The notes beneath the pieces are model-generated. The model made no database searches. It was given only the letters and a program-made list of their open reading frames with translations, and was not told where the DNA came from. A stretch of DNA of 64,000 nt from a virus (lineage: Duplodnaviria > Caudoviricetes): positions 1-64,000 of the IMG/VR virus record IMGVR_UViG_3300021255_004427; one strand, written 5' to 3'. This document shows, in pieces, positions 1 to 9,901 of this stretch. Positions within the stretch are counted from its first letter, which is position 1, and each line of letters starts with the position of its first letter. A program made the translations under genes and the position numbers.

Positions 1-531
1 TGGCTTAGGGTTTTTGGTATGCCTCTCCGCAAATATATCTGTATATTTGACCCTGGAGTACCACATCTCGTACTGCAGAATTTTGCAAAAGTGTAAACCT
101 GTTTTGGGAAAAGTGTTATTTCCCTCTAGGGGATAAATAAATAAATTTCCCTGATTTTGGTCTTCTGTATCATAGTTGCAATACTATTGTACTTGTACAG
201 TATACCTAGTTTACACTCTTGAAAAATCGTGCGCTTCGCGCTGTTGGCTTTCCCCTATGTTTTTTTAGGGGAAATACTCCTGTATGGGTATGTCAGGCAT
301 AAATGAGCTGCGCTCATAAGGTCTAAGTGATCTTATATAACTTATAGGGGATAATATATACGCTATTTTAAGGAGACCTGAATGGTCCCGTAAAATTTTG
401 GCGCGCATATATGTTTGCCGGCTCGCTTACGCTCGCCGGCTTTTTTGTATCGTATATGGGCCTTTATTTGCACATTATGTATTTCCCGTATGGGGATACG
501 AGAAAATAATCTGCGGCCTTATACGTGCATT

Positions 532-2523
532 TTACGCGGCGAATTTTTTAACCATACCGTTCTTGTTGGCAATGATGTGTCTCCTCCTGCCGGGGAACTG
601 TATGTAGTCAAATCTCCAGTCTCCTTTTGACTTATGGTTGTAAGCTCTCTTATAAGTCTCTACTTTCAGTATCTTATGGATATGGCATACTATATAGTTA
701 TTTAACTTAATCTGAGCTTTAACTGTTAAGAAGATACATGGACGAATATCGCCGCGGACGGATACTGTCGGTTTGACTATGATATAGTCATCTTTGTATC
801 CTGGGATAACGGTAAGCATTATGCCGCAGCCATATTTTAAGATGTCTGCTACCAGTGAATAATTTGGCTTACCTGTTTTGATGGTATAGAAACCATGTTT
901 CTCTGCAGCCGCTTTCAGGGTTATGCAGCCAGTGATATCCGGTTCACTGTTATTTGCAGGCAGATTATTATCCGTGGCAGTCAAGGCCGGCGTAGTATTT
1001 GCGTCTTTGATGGCTGTAGTAATATTGCGCCCGAGCTGGTTGATCATCTTACTGATGAGGTTAGTATTCTGGGCAGACTGTTCTGCAGCTGCGCTGATTC
1101 TTGATACGAGCTCACCATTCTTATCTATGCGCTCAGTCATCATTTGTACGAGCTGAGCCATAAGCTGCGTATTTTGTGCAGCAATCTGTGAGTTTTGCAT
1201 AACCAGATGACCAAACTGCTTCATTGCCTCAGAGTTTTGTACAATGACCTGCTGTATATCTGCCGCAACCTGCGGGGACATATACGCTCCGGTTTTGCGA
1301 ATCTGTTTTAAGATTGCCTTGACCTGCTTCTTGAATTGCTTGGCGATTGGTTTGCGGGACTGCATTAAGACTTCATACAGACCATCTTCGGTGAGGAACC
1401 ATGACTCTTGCACTCCACCAGGGGTCGGAACAATCTTCCGAACCTTTTCTTCCTCCTCAACCGTATTCAACATTTTGTGTACGGAAGATCTGTCGTACTC
1501 AATCATCTCTGCCACGTCCTTGGCCAGGAACAATGGTTCTTCTGCTGTGCCATACACGGTAAAGTTTCTGCCAAGCACTTCCTGCTCGGTTACAATCTGT
1601 AATTCTGCGCTCATGGGTTTAGCGCTCTCTCCTTCTGCCTCTGCCTCTCCTTCAGTTTTCTCTTGTGGAGTGATATTCTTTTCGGGCGGCAGCTCGTCCA
1701 GCCATTCCATATCGTCATTGCTGCCAACCACCTCACAAGCGAACCAGTCGGGGAGCTTCTCTTGAACCTGTACTTTTGTATCCGGGATGACAATAGGTTT
1801 AGGAGACTCTCCTACCGTGGAGGAGTTCATGTCGTCAATCATCTTGTTGAGGCTTTCTCTGATATCCTTATCCATGCGCTCGCGATAAGTATCAGAGTTA
1901 ATAATCTTCTGAACAGCGTCCAGAGTCACAAGCCACTGCTTGCGTATCCTACTCTTGTTACCCAATACCTCTATGATATTGACTTTTATCTTTTCATCGG
2001 CGCCGAGGTTTTTGGCCAGTCTGCTGCCGTCATATCCTCCCCACGAACGTTTTACAAAATTTAACCATGCGCATAAATCTGTGGCTTTGACCAGCAAATT
2101 TTGCATACCTGCGTCGTAGAGATGATAATTCTGTCCGCCGATTTGAAAATCTGTCAAAAATTTGACTCTTTCGCCGTGGGCGGTAAAAATTTGCTCCGGT
2201 TCTGCAGCGGGTAAATTCTGTGCCGGAATTTTGTCTTTGGATTTGCCTTTGCTATTTTTACTCAACATCTTACACACCTCTGTCTTAATGTTGTCACGCT
2301 CTTTATCAAGAGACGCGTACGTCAGTATGGCCAGAAAACCTTTTTCTTCCATAAGGTAATGGCCTTCGGCTTTTTGGAATAATGCTCTTTCGTAAGGATC
2401 AAACTTACACAGGGCTTCAATAAACTCAAAGAGTTCTGCATGCTTGATTTTATACAGTCTCGCTATCTCTTTGCTGGAGATAAGCTTTTTGTCTGCTACG
2501 TGGACGATGTCTATACTATCCAT
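532..2523 (-). CDS. Rha-like/BRO-N antirepressor-type DNA-binding protein
   Basis: N-terminal ISSKEIA..HAEL is Rha-like. BRO-N signature FTVYGTAEEPLFLAKDVAEMIEY...FLTEDGLYEVLMQSRKPIAKQFK. RBS GAAAGGAAG favours ATG 2523 (ORF track starts at 2550). Ends FAA. Confidence 0.8.
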   Translation of the reverse strand: MDSIDIVHVADKKLISSKEIARLYKIKHAELFEFIEALCKFDPYERALFQKAEGHYLMEEKGFLAILTYASLDKERDNIKTEVCKMLSKNSKGKSKDKIPAQNLPAAEPEQIFTAHGERVKFLTDFQIGGQNYHLYDAGMQNLLVKATDLCAWLNFVKRSWGGYDGSRLAKNLGADEKIKVNIIEVLGNKSRIRKQWLVTLDAVQKIINSDTYRERMDKDIRESLNKMIDDMNSSTVGESPKPIVIPDTKVQVQEKLPDWFACEVVGSNDDMEWLDELPPEKNITPQEKTEGEAEAEGESAKPMSAELQIVTEQEVLGRNFTVYGTAEEPLFLAKDVAEMIEYDRSSVHKMLNTVEEEEKVRKIVPTPGGVQESWFLTEDGLYEVLMQSRKPIAKQFKKQVKAILKQIRKTGAYMSPQVAADIQQVIVQNSEAMKQFGHLVMQNSQIAAQNTQLMAQLVQMMTERIDKNGELVSRISAAAEQSAQNTNLISKMINQLGRNITTAIKDANTTPALTATDNNLPANNSEPDITGCITLKAAAEKHGFYTIKTGKPNYSLVADILKYGCGIMLTVIPGYKDDYIIVKPTVSVRGDIRPCIFLTVKAQIKLNNYIVCHIHKILKVETYKRAYNHKSKGDWRFDYIQFPGRRRHIIANKNGMVKKFAA

Positions 2524-3411
2524 GACATAATCTTCCTTTCTGACTGTCATTTACCTGACGCGGCTTGAGTTATGCGGGCTCGCTTACGCTCGCCCGCTAA
2601 ATTATACCGTTCTCTATATGTACATTCATTCATATATTTCTTTTTAGCCTAATAGCTCTTATATATATTCTTATTTCTTACCCACATATAATGAGTATGC
2701 GTGCTGCATATATAATAAAGGGGATTAGGAGATATGAAAGAATATGTGATAGGGAAAGAGAGAGATAACGTATACAGTCTACCTCTCTCTGTTGGTGGAT
2801 ATGAGATATACACATAAAGAACAGTACAATTTGCGCGCCGGAGGACGCGCGTGGTTATTTCCATGCGGAGAAGATGTAAGAACTCTTTGCGGGCGGAGAT
2901 ATAGAACTCGCCCTTTTAAGTAAAGAGGTAATCTTACAAAAAGATATCAGCTTTTTGTCTCTGATAGACTATATAGGTGATATCTTTCCGCATGAGTGTT
3001 TGCCGGGGCTCACTTCGTTCGCCCCTTAATAGGGGCATGACTTAATATATACATTCTTTTGTCTTTTCATGTATATATTTCGCTCTGCCCTTCGGGTAGG
3101 TCGTATACTATTTTTTACAATGTCTGTAAAAGTTAGTATACTTTTTAAAATATTTGTTTTCTTTTTTTATATGCTCGCTACGCTCGCATATATAAACAAG
3201 CTCTGTTCTTTTCGCTTGTTTGATTAGTTGTTTGGGGATTAAATATTGTTTGATGTGCTCGCTCGCTTCGCTCGCTCGCACTAACAAAATATGAGCTTTT
3301 GATTTTTCTTGTTCGCCTGTCAGGCAGTTTCTTATTTTGTCTGCGCTCACAAGGTCTGACCGAACAAGTATATCAATCTGCGCTCATAAGGTTAGGCTGA
3401 AGGCCTGGAGC

Positions 3412-3675
3412 CTATATATGGGGTGGTGCCTTAATATCTCCCGTGGTGCAGTTCTGCGGTCGGGCAATGATAAGTCCCAACCGGGATGTGTGCAGACACT
3501 TAACAGTCTGTTTAACCAAAAAGTGTCTTAGAGGTCTTTCTTCTTGTCTCTTTTGGGTGGGGAAGGGGCTGGCAACCATATCCGTTTTGGTATTTGTGAC
3601 ATAAGCTATTGTTCTAGGATGGGTTAGTGTTCTGGATAATCTGTATAGCTTTTCTAAATATGTCACAACAACCAT
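3412..3675 (-). CDS. hypothetical protein
   Basis: ORF with AAGGAGTG RBS, co-oriented with neighbours. Confidence 0.35.
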   Translation of the reverse strand: MVVVTYLEKLYRLSRTLTHPRTIAYVTNTKTDMVASPFPTQKRQEERPLRHFLVKQTVKCLHTSRLGLIIARPQNCTTGDIKAPPHI

Positions 3676-3721
3676 GGTGCTTATCTCACTCCTTTCATGA
3701 GTACGAATTTCTGCGGCAGGA

Positions 3722-3856
3722 TTACTTACGGGCGCGAAGTTTTCGTTGCTCCTCTTTGAGCCTTTGGATTTCGCGCTGGTCTTTCTCTATCTCTATTTCG
3801 ATAATCTGGTTCACTTCGGAACCTATCTCGAACAGAGCGTATAGCAGTGCAAGAAT
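3722..3856 (-). CDS. 44-aa protein (hydrophobic N-terminus, charged coiled coil), probable ATT start
   Basis: AAGGAGG 8 nt upstream of ATT; ILALLYALFEIGSEVNQIIEIEIEKDQREIQRLKEEQRKLRARK. Confidence 0.45.
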   Translation of the reverse strand: MLALLYALFEIGSEVNQIIEIEIEKDQREIQRLKEEQRKLRARK

Positions 3857-3941
3857 AACAGTATCCTCCTTCGGGTCATTTTAAGTATGCGTATTAAAAA
3901 AACAATCCGCCCGCGAAATTGCGGACGGACGTTTTTGTAAA

Positions 3942-4763
3942 TCAGGCACACGTTGTCCAGTCGGATTTAGTGCCGCCTTTGGAGCCAAAGAGCAGGCCGC
4001 CAATATCGGAGCCCAGACCTTTCACTTCATTCCAGGCGTCCCGAACGTCCTTATTGCGGGAAAGTTCACGAGCGGCGGCTCTGCCGTTGCGGATAGTCGT
4101 AGCAAGCGTTGCGGCGCCAACCGAAACAGCGGCAGTCGCAACAACCCTGCCTGTGGTCATACCAGCATTTACAACAGCTCCTGCCGTCGGTGCAAGGGCG
4201 CCATTCAGTGCGTAATCGGCAACGTCCGTTGCGAACGTGGTGACGGCTTTAGCAACTGCCTGCGTGCGGTCTGACCAGAGCTTGATGTTTGCCTTGCGCT
4301 GGATAAGCTGTAAATCCTCGGCGTTAACACCCGAGAGGATAACCGTCTTGCCACCATCGCTGGTTTCATAGCTGTCTTCATAGCCGAGGCTGTCCAGCAA
4401 GTCCAACAGGTTGTTGGCTTCCTGACGGCTCTCAAAGGTCTTGGAGAACCTCTCCTGCACTACCTCGCCGGTTTCACTGTCGATGGTTACCTGTGTTTCT
4501 TTCTGTTCACTCATTTTGATTTCCTCCTGTACATTTTTTGCAACTTCCTGTGCAAATTCATCAGCAATCTGGTCGACGCTTTTTACTTCTTTTGGCGCCG
4601 GCTCTGCTTCTTCCGCCTCTCTGGGCGGAGGTGTGACATCGATGGGTTCTTGCTTTTTCTCCTGTTTTTCTTCAGGCGTAAGCAATGTATCGATGGTATC
4701 ATTCAGGAAGCTGAGGATAGGGTCAGCCCCCTGAGTATTTTTTGTATCTTTTTGTGTTTCCAT
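3942..4763 (-). CDS. hypothetical protein (acidic N-terminus, Ala/Gly-rich hydrophobic C-terminal region)
   Basis: 273-aa ORF, GAGGAGG RBS. Confidence 0.75.
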   Translation of the reverse strand: METQKDTKNTQGADPILSFLNDTIDTLLTPEEKQEKKQEPIDVTPPPREAEEAEPAPKEVKSVDQIADEFAQEVAKNVQEEIKMSEQKETQVTIDSETGEVVQERFSKTFESRQEANNLLDLLDSLGYEDSYETSDGGKTVILSGVNAEDLQLIQRKANIKLWSDRTQAVAKAVTTFATDVADYALNGALAPTAGAVVNAGMTTGRVVATAAVSVGAATLATTIRNGRAAARELSRNKDVRDAWNEVKGLGSDIGGLLFGSKGGTKSDWTTCA

Positions 4764-4793
4764 TAAAATCCCTCCTCAAGGGGCAACCGACTA

Positions 4794-5084
4794 TCAAGCG
4801 GCAACCGGCATAACTGCGTCTTCGATAAGGTGGTAGTCATAGCTGACCTCCACTCTGTACAGCGAACGGAGCTTAAACCGGCTGTCTGCGCATGGAGTGC
4901 GGAGCAAATTGATTACGTCGCGGCTGATAAGGCCGTATTTATCCAGACAAGTCTGGGGGATTTTGGCGGAGATATTTACCCAGCCATTGGCGAGGTTCTT
5001 AGTGAGACTCCAGGTTACTTTGGAATTGGCACGGTTGGATTTCGGGAATACGATATGTTTCGGGCATACTTTGTTCATAATCAT
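4794..5084 (-). CDS. hypothetical protein
   Basis: 96-aa ORF, AAGGA RBS, ends VAA. Confidence 0.65.
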   Translation of the reverse strand: MIMNKVCPKHIVFPKSNRANSKVTWSLTKNLANGWVNISAKIPQTCLDKYGLISRDVINLLRTPCADSRFKLRSLYRVEVSYDYHLIEDAVMPVAA

Positions 5085-5165
5085 TTTGGTTTCCGTCCTT
5101 TCTTGACGATAAAAACAAACTGGGCCATCAACTGCTGACAGCCCAGTCTTTTTACATGTATTTGC

Positions 5166-6095
5166 TTATGCGGCGAAATCGATGGCTTCTTCAGCCGGAG
5201 CGTCGATGCCTGCACCTTCATTCACAATGGCTTCACTGCGGTCCGTGTTGTCCTTGATGATAATCGTCTTGTTGACGATGGACAACAGGTCACGGGCGGT
5301 TTCCTGCTCGGAGCCTTCTTTGATTTCACGGCCAACAACCAAAGAACCATTGGCTTTTACCAGTTTGTGCTTGCCATTGAGCTTGAAGCCGGAAGCAAGG
5401 CTGATGCGATAATTGCGTCCCTTAAAGGTCGTGGACGCAAAACCTTTACTGAAGGTCAGCTCCATGTTTTCCATATCCAGCGGCAGATTGCTGTACTTCA
5501 GCTCCCAGCCAAAGATGGCGTTGTGACCCATCACGCGGATGGACTTAAACTTTTCGAGCGCCGCCTTCAGGTCGAGGAATACGCCTTTCGCATAGGCAAT
5601 GTAGCTGTTGCCATACTTGCCGGCATTGGTCGGGCTGGAAATGTGCTCAACTTCTTTTGCCGTGAGCACTTCGTTGGAACCCTTGCCAATGCGGTTGAGC
5701 ATGCCGGAAATGCGGCGAGCCTCAAAGTCATTGACATAAAGAATTAGATGGTCTTTGCCATACTCTGCGGCCTTATGGAGAGCCTGACGTACACCGTTCA
5801 ACGTCGCAACGGGCGCGGTCATAACTTCACCCGTCTTCTTGTTTACGGCCTTGGCCACAACAGCGGGCTCAACGATTTCCTGGGCAATATCGCCGGCAAC
5901 CAGACCGACATAACCCCGGGAACTGACGACACTCATGATAACCGTGTTGTTCTTGAGTTCCTCCTCGCGTTTTGCGCGGGCTTTTTCCGTCAGCACATTG
6001 GTTGCCTCCATCTGCTTATCGAGGTTTGCCATCAATGCTTCGCGGCGGGATACCTTGTTTGCTTCTGCCTTAATCATTTCATTTACGTTTGCCAT
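5166..6095 (-). CDS. hypothetical protein
   Basis: AAGGAGTG RBS before ATG 6095; biased codon usage; ends FAA. Confidence 0.8.
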   Translation of the reverse strand: MANVNEMIKAEANKVSRREALMANLDKQMEATNVLTEKARAKREEELKNNTVIMSVVSSRGYVGLVAGDIAQEIVEPAVVAKAVNKKTGEVMTAPVATLNGVRQALHKAAEYGKDHLILYVNDFEARRISGMLNRIGKGSNEVLTAKEVEHISSPTNAGKYGNSYIAYAKGVFLDLKAALEKFKSIRVMGHNAIFGWELKYSNLPLDMENMELTFSKGFASTTFKGRNYRISLASGFKLNGKHKLVKANGSLVVGREIKEGSEQETARDLLSIVNKTIIIKDNTDRSEAIVNEGAGIDAPAEEAIDFAA

Positions 6096-6297
6096 AAATA
6101 AAACACTCCTTTTTCTTATCCCGCTTTTTATCAGCATTTCGCTTCAGCGGGCTACAAATGAACATTTCTGGACTACTGTCCGTTTTCTGGGGTTACGACG
6201 GTGAAAGGATAAAATCAGCTCAGCCCTGCTTACAGGAGACAGACGTAAGTTAGTTATATAATCTGTATGTATGCGGGCGGAAAAATCCTCTCAAAAT

Positions 6298-6325
6298 AAA
6301 CAAGACAATCGTCTGCGAAGCAGAC
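6298..6325 (-). promoter_or_regulatory. GNA-triloop hairpin element copy 1 (candidate phage-RNAP promoter for leftward genes)
   Basis: plus strand AAACAAGACAA-tc-GTCTGC-GAA-GCAGAC. Confidence 0.6.
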
Positions 6326-6465
6326 AAGAGTTCTGTTCTTGGAAAGGGGATTTTTACTTTGGGATTTAAGCCTTTCATAGTGCGCCGAAAAATGTAGGAG
6401 GCAATAAACATTCTTCGACGTACTATGAGGGGCTCAAAGCTCCTCTTTTTTGCCAAGGTGGGGGT

Positions 6466-6735
6466 TTATGCGGCGGCCTCTGCCTCTTTGTCCACAAGAT
6501 GCAGTAAGTCACCATAGGTGGTATGGGCGGTGAAGAAGATGGTCTCGCCGGCCTCACTCTTAAGGCGGGCGGCTGTTACGACGTTTCCTTCAAGGGTGTC
6601 CCTGCGGATAACGTCAAGTTCACTGCCGCCACTTACGATATGGAAGCTATCGCAAAGAGTGGTCAGTCTCTTGGCCGGCAAGAACCGGTAGTAGCTTTCA
6701 GGGAATACGCTTTCCAGGTCATTCTGAAATACCAT
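6466..6735 (-). CDS. hypothetical protein
   Basis: 89 aa, AAAGGA RBS, ends EAAA. Confidence 0.7.
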   Translation of the reverse strand: MVFQNDLESVFPESYYRFLPAKRLTTLCDSFHIVSGGSELDVIRRDTLEGNVVTAARLKSEAGETIFFTAHTTYGDLLHLVDKEAEAAA

Positions 6736-6821
6736 AGGTCATTTCCTTTCTTTGATAAAAAATAGGCCCCTGACGCATAGGGGAAGCCCATAGGGGGTTG
6801 GGGAGCGCCAGGAGCCCATAA

Positions 6822-6849
6822 AAACAAAGCAATATCGCCCGAAGGGCGA
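6822..6849 (-). promoter_or_regulatory. GNA-triloop hairpin element copy 2
   Basis: AAACAAAGCAA-ta-TCGCCC-GAA-GGGCGA. Confidence 0.55.
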
Positions 6850-6924
6850 AGTGGAATTTGGACGAAGACGGCACTATCCAGACAAGAGGATAATTACTTG
6901 CGGCGTCTCCAGCCAAAATATCGG

Positions 6925-7092
6925 TTATGCCGCTATTTTATACTCGGCATACTTTTCTTCCGCAAGGCGGTCATAGTCCCTGCGGGTCATCTTCCGCTTG
7001 GCGCGGTCACGAAGCATTCTTGCTTCGCGGCCTTCGCTGTAGATGCGGTTATGTTTACGGATTTTTTCTGTGTTTGCATTTGTATTAAACAT
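6925..7092 (-). CDS. small basic hypothetical protein
   Basis: GAAAGGCAGG RBS before ATG 7092; ends KIAA. Confidence 0.65.
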   Translation of the reverse strand: MFNTNANTEKIRKHNRIYSEGREARMLRDRAKRKMTRRDYDRLAEEKYAEYKIAA

Positions 7093-7111
7093 GATTAGCA
7101 ACCTGCCTTTC

Positions 7112-7285
7112 TTAACGAATGTTTCTTGCGACGGCGTAGAATACAACCGCGCCGGTTGCAATCACGTCTACTGCCTGTTCTGCTACGGCCTTGGCCTCAC
7201 CGACAAATTTCTGCCGGCGGGTCAAAACCTTCTCGTCACTTACTGCCTTGTCGTCTCCTAAATACCATTTGATAAATCTTTTCAT
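7112..7285 (-). CDS. 57-aa hypothetical protein (not in ORF track)
   Basis: MKRFIKWYLGDDKAVSDEKVLTRRQKFVGEAKAVAEQAVDVIATGAVVFYAVARNIR; AAGGGA RBS. Confidence 0.55.
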   Translation of the reverse strand: MKRFIKWYLGDDKAVSDEKVLTRRQKFVGEAKAVAEQAVDVIATGAVVFYAVARNIR

Positions 7286-7338
7286 ATACATTCAGTCCCT
7301 TCGTCTTCTAAAAAATCAACAGCAAGCGACGCAAGTTT

Positions 7339-7746
7339 TTACGCGGCTTCTTTGTCGATTACCGGCTCAGTAGTAAAACTGCCGTACGGTTTAATGTGTT
7401 CGTCCTTGACCGGAGTGCGGTACTTCTTGCATACTGTATCAAGTTCACCCTCCAGGATGTTTACCGTGCTCTTGCAGAGTTCGAACAGACTCTTGCCAAC
7501 GCCGATTACGTTCTTGATGAGACCGGCGTTGCGGCTGAAGATGCCCAGCACATCGCAGAAGAAATTGTCGTTGCTGGCAATGGTGACAATAGCCTCGCCA
7601 TCTACATGGTTCACGCTGAAGCGAATGGGGCCATCTACCTCATACTGGTCTTCACGGGCAAAGGTCTGGCCGAAGGATTCCATCAGCTTCTTTACGGCGA
7701 GCATTTCTTTAGCGTTAAAATACATTTTCATTTCCATGGTGTTCAT
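7339..7746 (-). CDS. hypothetical protein
   Basis: 135 aa, AAGGAG RBS, ends KEAA. Confidence 0.75.
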   Translation of the reverse strand: MNTMEMKMYFNAKEMLAVKKLMESFGQTFAREDQYEVDGPIRFSVNHVDGEAIVTIASNDNFFCDVLGIFSRNAGLIKNVIGVGKSLFELCKSTVNILEGELDTVCKKYRTPVKDEHIKPYGSFTTEPVIDKEAA

Positions 7747-7788
7747 TCTCCTTTTCCAAAACTACACAAATATTTTCGGGCAAAAAAA

Positions 7789-7938
7789 TTAAGCCGCTTT
7801 GCGGGCGGCTTTTTCTTCCAGCGTATTTGGTTTTTGTGCCTTACGAGCTACAAGCTCCAAGGCTTTTCTGATTGCCTCGGCTCTTTCAAACCGTGTTCTC
7901 TGGTCGCCCCATTCAATCGAGATGTACGTCTTTTTCAT
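7789..7938 (-). CDS. 49-aa basic hypothetical protein (not in ORF track)
   Basis: GAAAGGAG RBS; MKKTYISIEWGDQRTRFERAEAIRKALELVARKAQKPNTLEEKAARKAA. Confidence 0.6.
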   Translation of the reverse strand: MKKTYISIEWGDQRTRFERAEAIRKALELVARKAQKPNTLEEKAARKAA

Positions 7939-7983
7939 GATAAACGCTCCTTTCACAATGCGTCCAAAAAATCATCTCAAAAT

Positions 7984-8011
7984 AAACAAGACAATATCGC
8001 CCGGAGGGCGA
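7984..8011 (-). promoter_or_regulatory. GNA-triloop hairpin element copy 3
   Basis: AAACAAGACAA-ta-TCGCCC-GGA-GGGCGA. Confidence 0.6.
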
Positions 8012-8019
8012 AACGGCAG

Positions 8020-8175
8020 TCAGTGGGTATATCTCTTTCTGTTGTCGCGGGATTCTTTCTTGGGAAAGTAGGTTTCCTGAATACTTTCCCAAATGGCTGA
8101 CAGAATTACCCAGCCAATGAGAATGACAAAATACAAGATACCTGCAAGAAAGAGTAAAACTATCCAGACTTCCAT
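8020..8175 (-). CDS. 51-aa single-pass membrane protein (not in ORF track)
   Basis: AGGAGG RBS; MEVWIVLLFLAGILYFVILIGWVILSAIWESIQETYFPKKESRDNRKRYTH. Confidence 0.6.
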   Translation of the reverse strand: MEVWIVLLFLAGILYFVILIGWVILSAIWESIQETYFPKKESRDNRKRYTH

Positions 8176-8193
8176 TTTTCAATTCCTCCTAAA

Positions 8194-8589
8194 TCACGAT
8201 GCGCGGCGCATAATGGCCGGGCGGTGGATACGGTCAAAGATTGCATTGACAGCCATGCGGGCGGCCTGCTGAACACTGTCGCACCCTACAGCTTTGCCAT
8301 TAGCAAATACCGTGAATGGTTTGCCCTGCGGCTTATCTTCCTCATCGAAGTCCGACACAATCTTGCCGTCTTTCATCAGCCAACTATAAGCTGTTTCTCC
8401 GGTAAGTTTGTCCTTGTACTTCGTAGTGCAACCATGCCGCGATACTATCTCCCAGCGGTCAAAGGAGCCGGGAAGATAATGATGGATAACCAGCTCGTAG
8501 GCAAGCGTAGCAAACTTGCCGTAGGTTACGTCCCAAACAGGAATTATCATAACATTATTACGGACGATTTTCAATGCATACTTTTTCAT
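8194..8589 (-). CDS. hypothetical protein
   Basis: 131 aa, GGGAG RBS. Confidence 0.7.
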   Translation of the reverse strand: MKKYALKIVRNNVMIIPVWDVTYGKFATLAYELVIHHYLPGSFDRWEIVSRHGCTTKYKDKLTGETAYSWLMKDGKIVSDFDEEDKPQGKPFTVFANGKAVGCDSVQQAARMAVNAIFDRIHRPAIMRRAS

Positions 8590-8609
8590 GGCATATCTCC
8601 CTTTCTATT

Positions 8610-9041
8610 TTACGCTACACCATTTTTCTCTGAATAAATGGGCTCTCCACTCCAGGTTTTCCAAAGATATGGATATTCCTCGCGGATTCTGGACATAGGC
8701 AGACTGATATGCCGGAAGTCTTTTTGGCGAACTCCCTTGTAGGCATACCATACAGTATGGTTGATACCGAAGTATTCCAGTAGCCTGCTCACTTTTTCTG
8801 CCGTGCAAAGCGACATGTCTGCACTGGCATACTCACGGAGCCAGCCACTAAATTCCCTTGCCTCAAAGCTTATGGCAAGACTGCCTACTTTGGTTTCTGC
8901 AATATCGTTTCCTGCAAACATGGGCGCGCTGCATTCACTCAGCACCATATTACATACTTCCAAAGCAAGCTCAGTGGAGCAGGGCCCCGTCATCGAGCCA
9001 CGCTCTTCATTGAGTTTGTCTCTTAATTCCTCTTTTGTCAT
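8610..9041 (-). CDS. hypothetical protein
   Basis: 143 aa, AAGGAG RBS. Confidence 0.7.
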   Translation of the reverse strand: MTKEELRDKLNEERGSMTGPCSTELALEVCNMVLSECSAPMFAGNDIAETKVGSLAISFEAREFSGWLREYASADMSLCTAEKVSRLLEYFGINHTVWYAYKGVRQKDFRHISLPMSRIREEYPYLWKTWSGEPIYSEKNGVA

Positions 9042-9054
9042 TGCTTGCGCTCCT

Positions 9055-9462
9055 TTATTTTTTGCACTGGCCGAAGGCCTTTTTTACCAGTTCTTCTTTG
9101 GTCACACCTTCCTGATAAGGGAACACTCCCCTCCAACTGGCGGCGTAGTTTATACAGTTCGGCTCTTCCTCGCGCTCCATAGGATGCACATCTTTTGCCG
9201 TTGCAAACACATATGGTCTTGAAAGCGAACCATTTTCTGCTTCCCAGATAGACACGCAAATGTTTTGCGGCTGGAAGTTTTCGCTTTCTGCAACCTCATG
9301 CTCTATAATGCGTAAACATGGTTTGTTTGACAGCACGGCATTAAAAGCATTTGCTTTTGCCACGAACACTTCTGCGTCCTTGCGGGCGGCAAATACCTGT
9401 TCGATATTCACTTCAGGAGTTCCGTCATAGTATATTTCAGATTCCACAACATAGATAGTCAT
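9055..9462 (-). CDS. hypothetical phage protein
   Basis: 135 aa, AAAGGAAG RBS, MTIYVV N-terminus typical of small phage proteins. Confidence 0.7.
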   Translation of the reverse strand: MTIYVVESEIYYDGTPEVNIEQVFAARKDAEVFVAKANAFNAVLSNKPCLRIIEHEVAESENFQPQNICVSIWEAENGSLSRPYVFATAKDVHPMEREEEPNCINYAASWRGVFPYQEGVTKEELVKKAFGQCKK

Positions 9463-9845
9463 AGCTACTCTTCCTTTCTGTTATAGAGAAAAACAAACCT
9501 TCTCAAAAACATGATAAAAAAAAGAAAACACCGGGCAAACCACAAAATCAGCTTGCCCGGAGAAGAAAAATATCATGACTTTGAGAAGGCCCCAAACGGT
9601 ATGTTTGGGAACCTCCCCTTTTGTTTTTTTACTATAGGAGGGAGCAATCCCTTGCCTTAGGACTGCTCACACATGACACCAGGATTTTGCTGATATCATC
9701 TGTGAGAAGCCATAACGACCTCTCCTGGTTTTGCGCAAGTGTCGAGAATGCTGGAACATTCTTCCTGTGCACATAACCGTTCCATCTGTAAGTGTCGGAA
9801 GCATTCCAGTGCTTCTCCTACACGTCAGGAACAATCTCTCATGAA

Positions 9846-9873
9846 AAACAAGACAACCGTTCGCGGAGCGAAC
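9846..9873 (-). promoter_or_regulatory. GNA-triloop hairpin element copy 4
   Basis: AAACAAGACAA-cc-GTTCGC-GGA-GCGAAC. Confidence 0.6.
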
Positions 9874-9901
9874 AGCTGTCTTTACCTAAGAAACCTCGAT
9901 G

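Noticed and set aside
7913-8182. 89-aa ORF in the track
   Set aside because: RBS spacing favours the 51-aa membrane ORF 8020-8175, and the longer frame crosses a hairpin element
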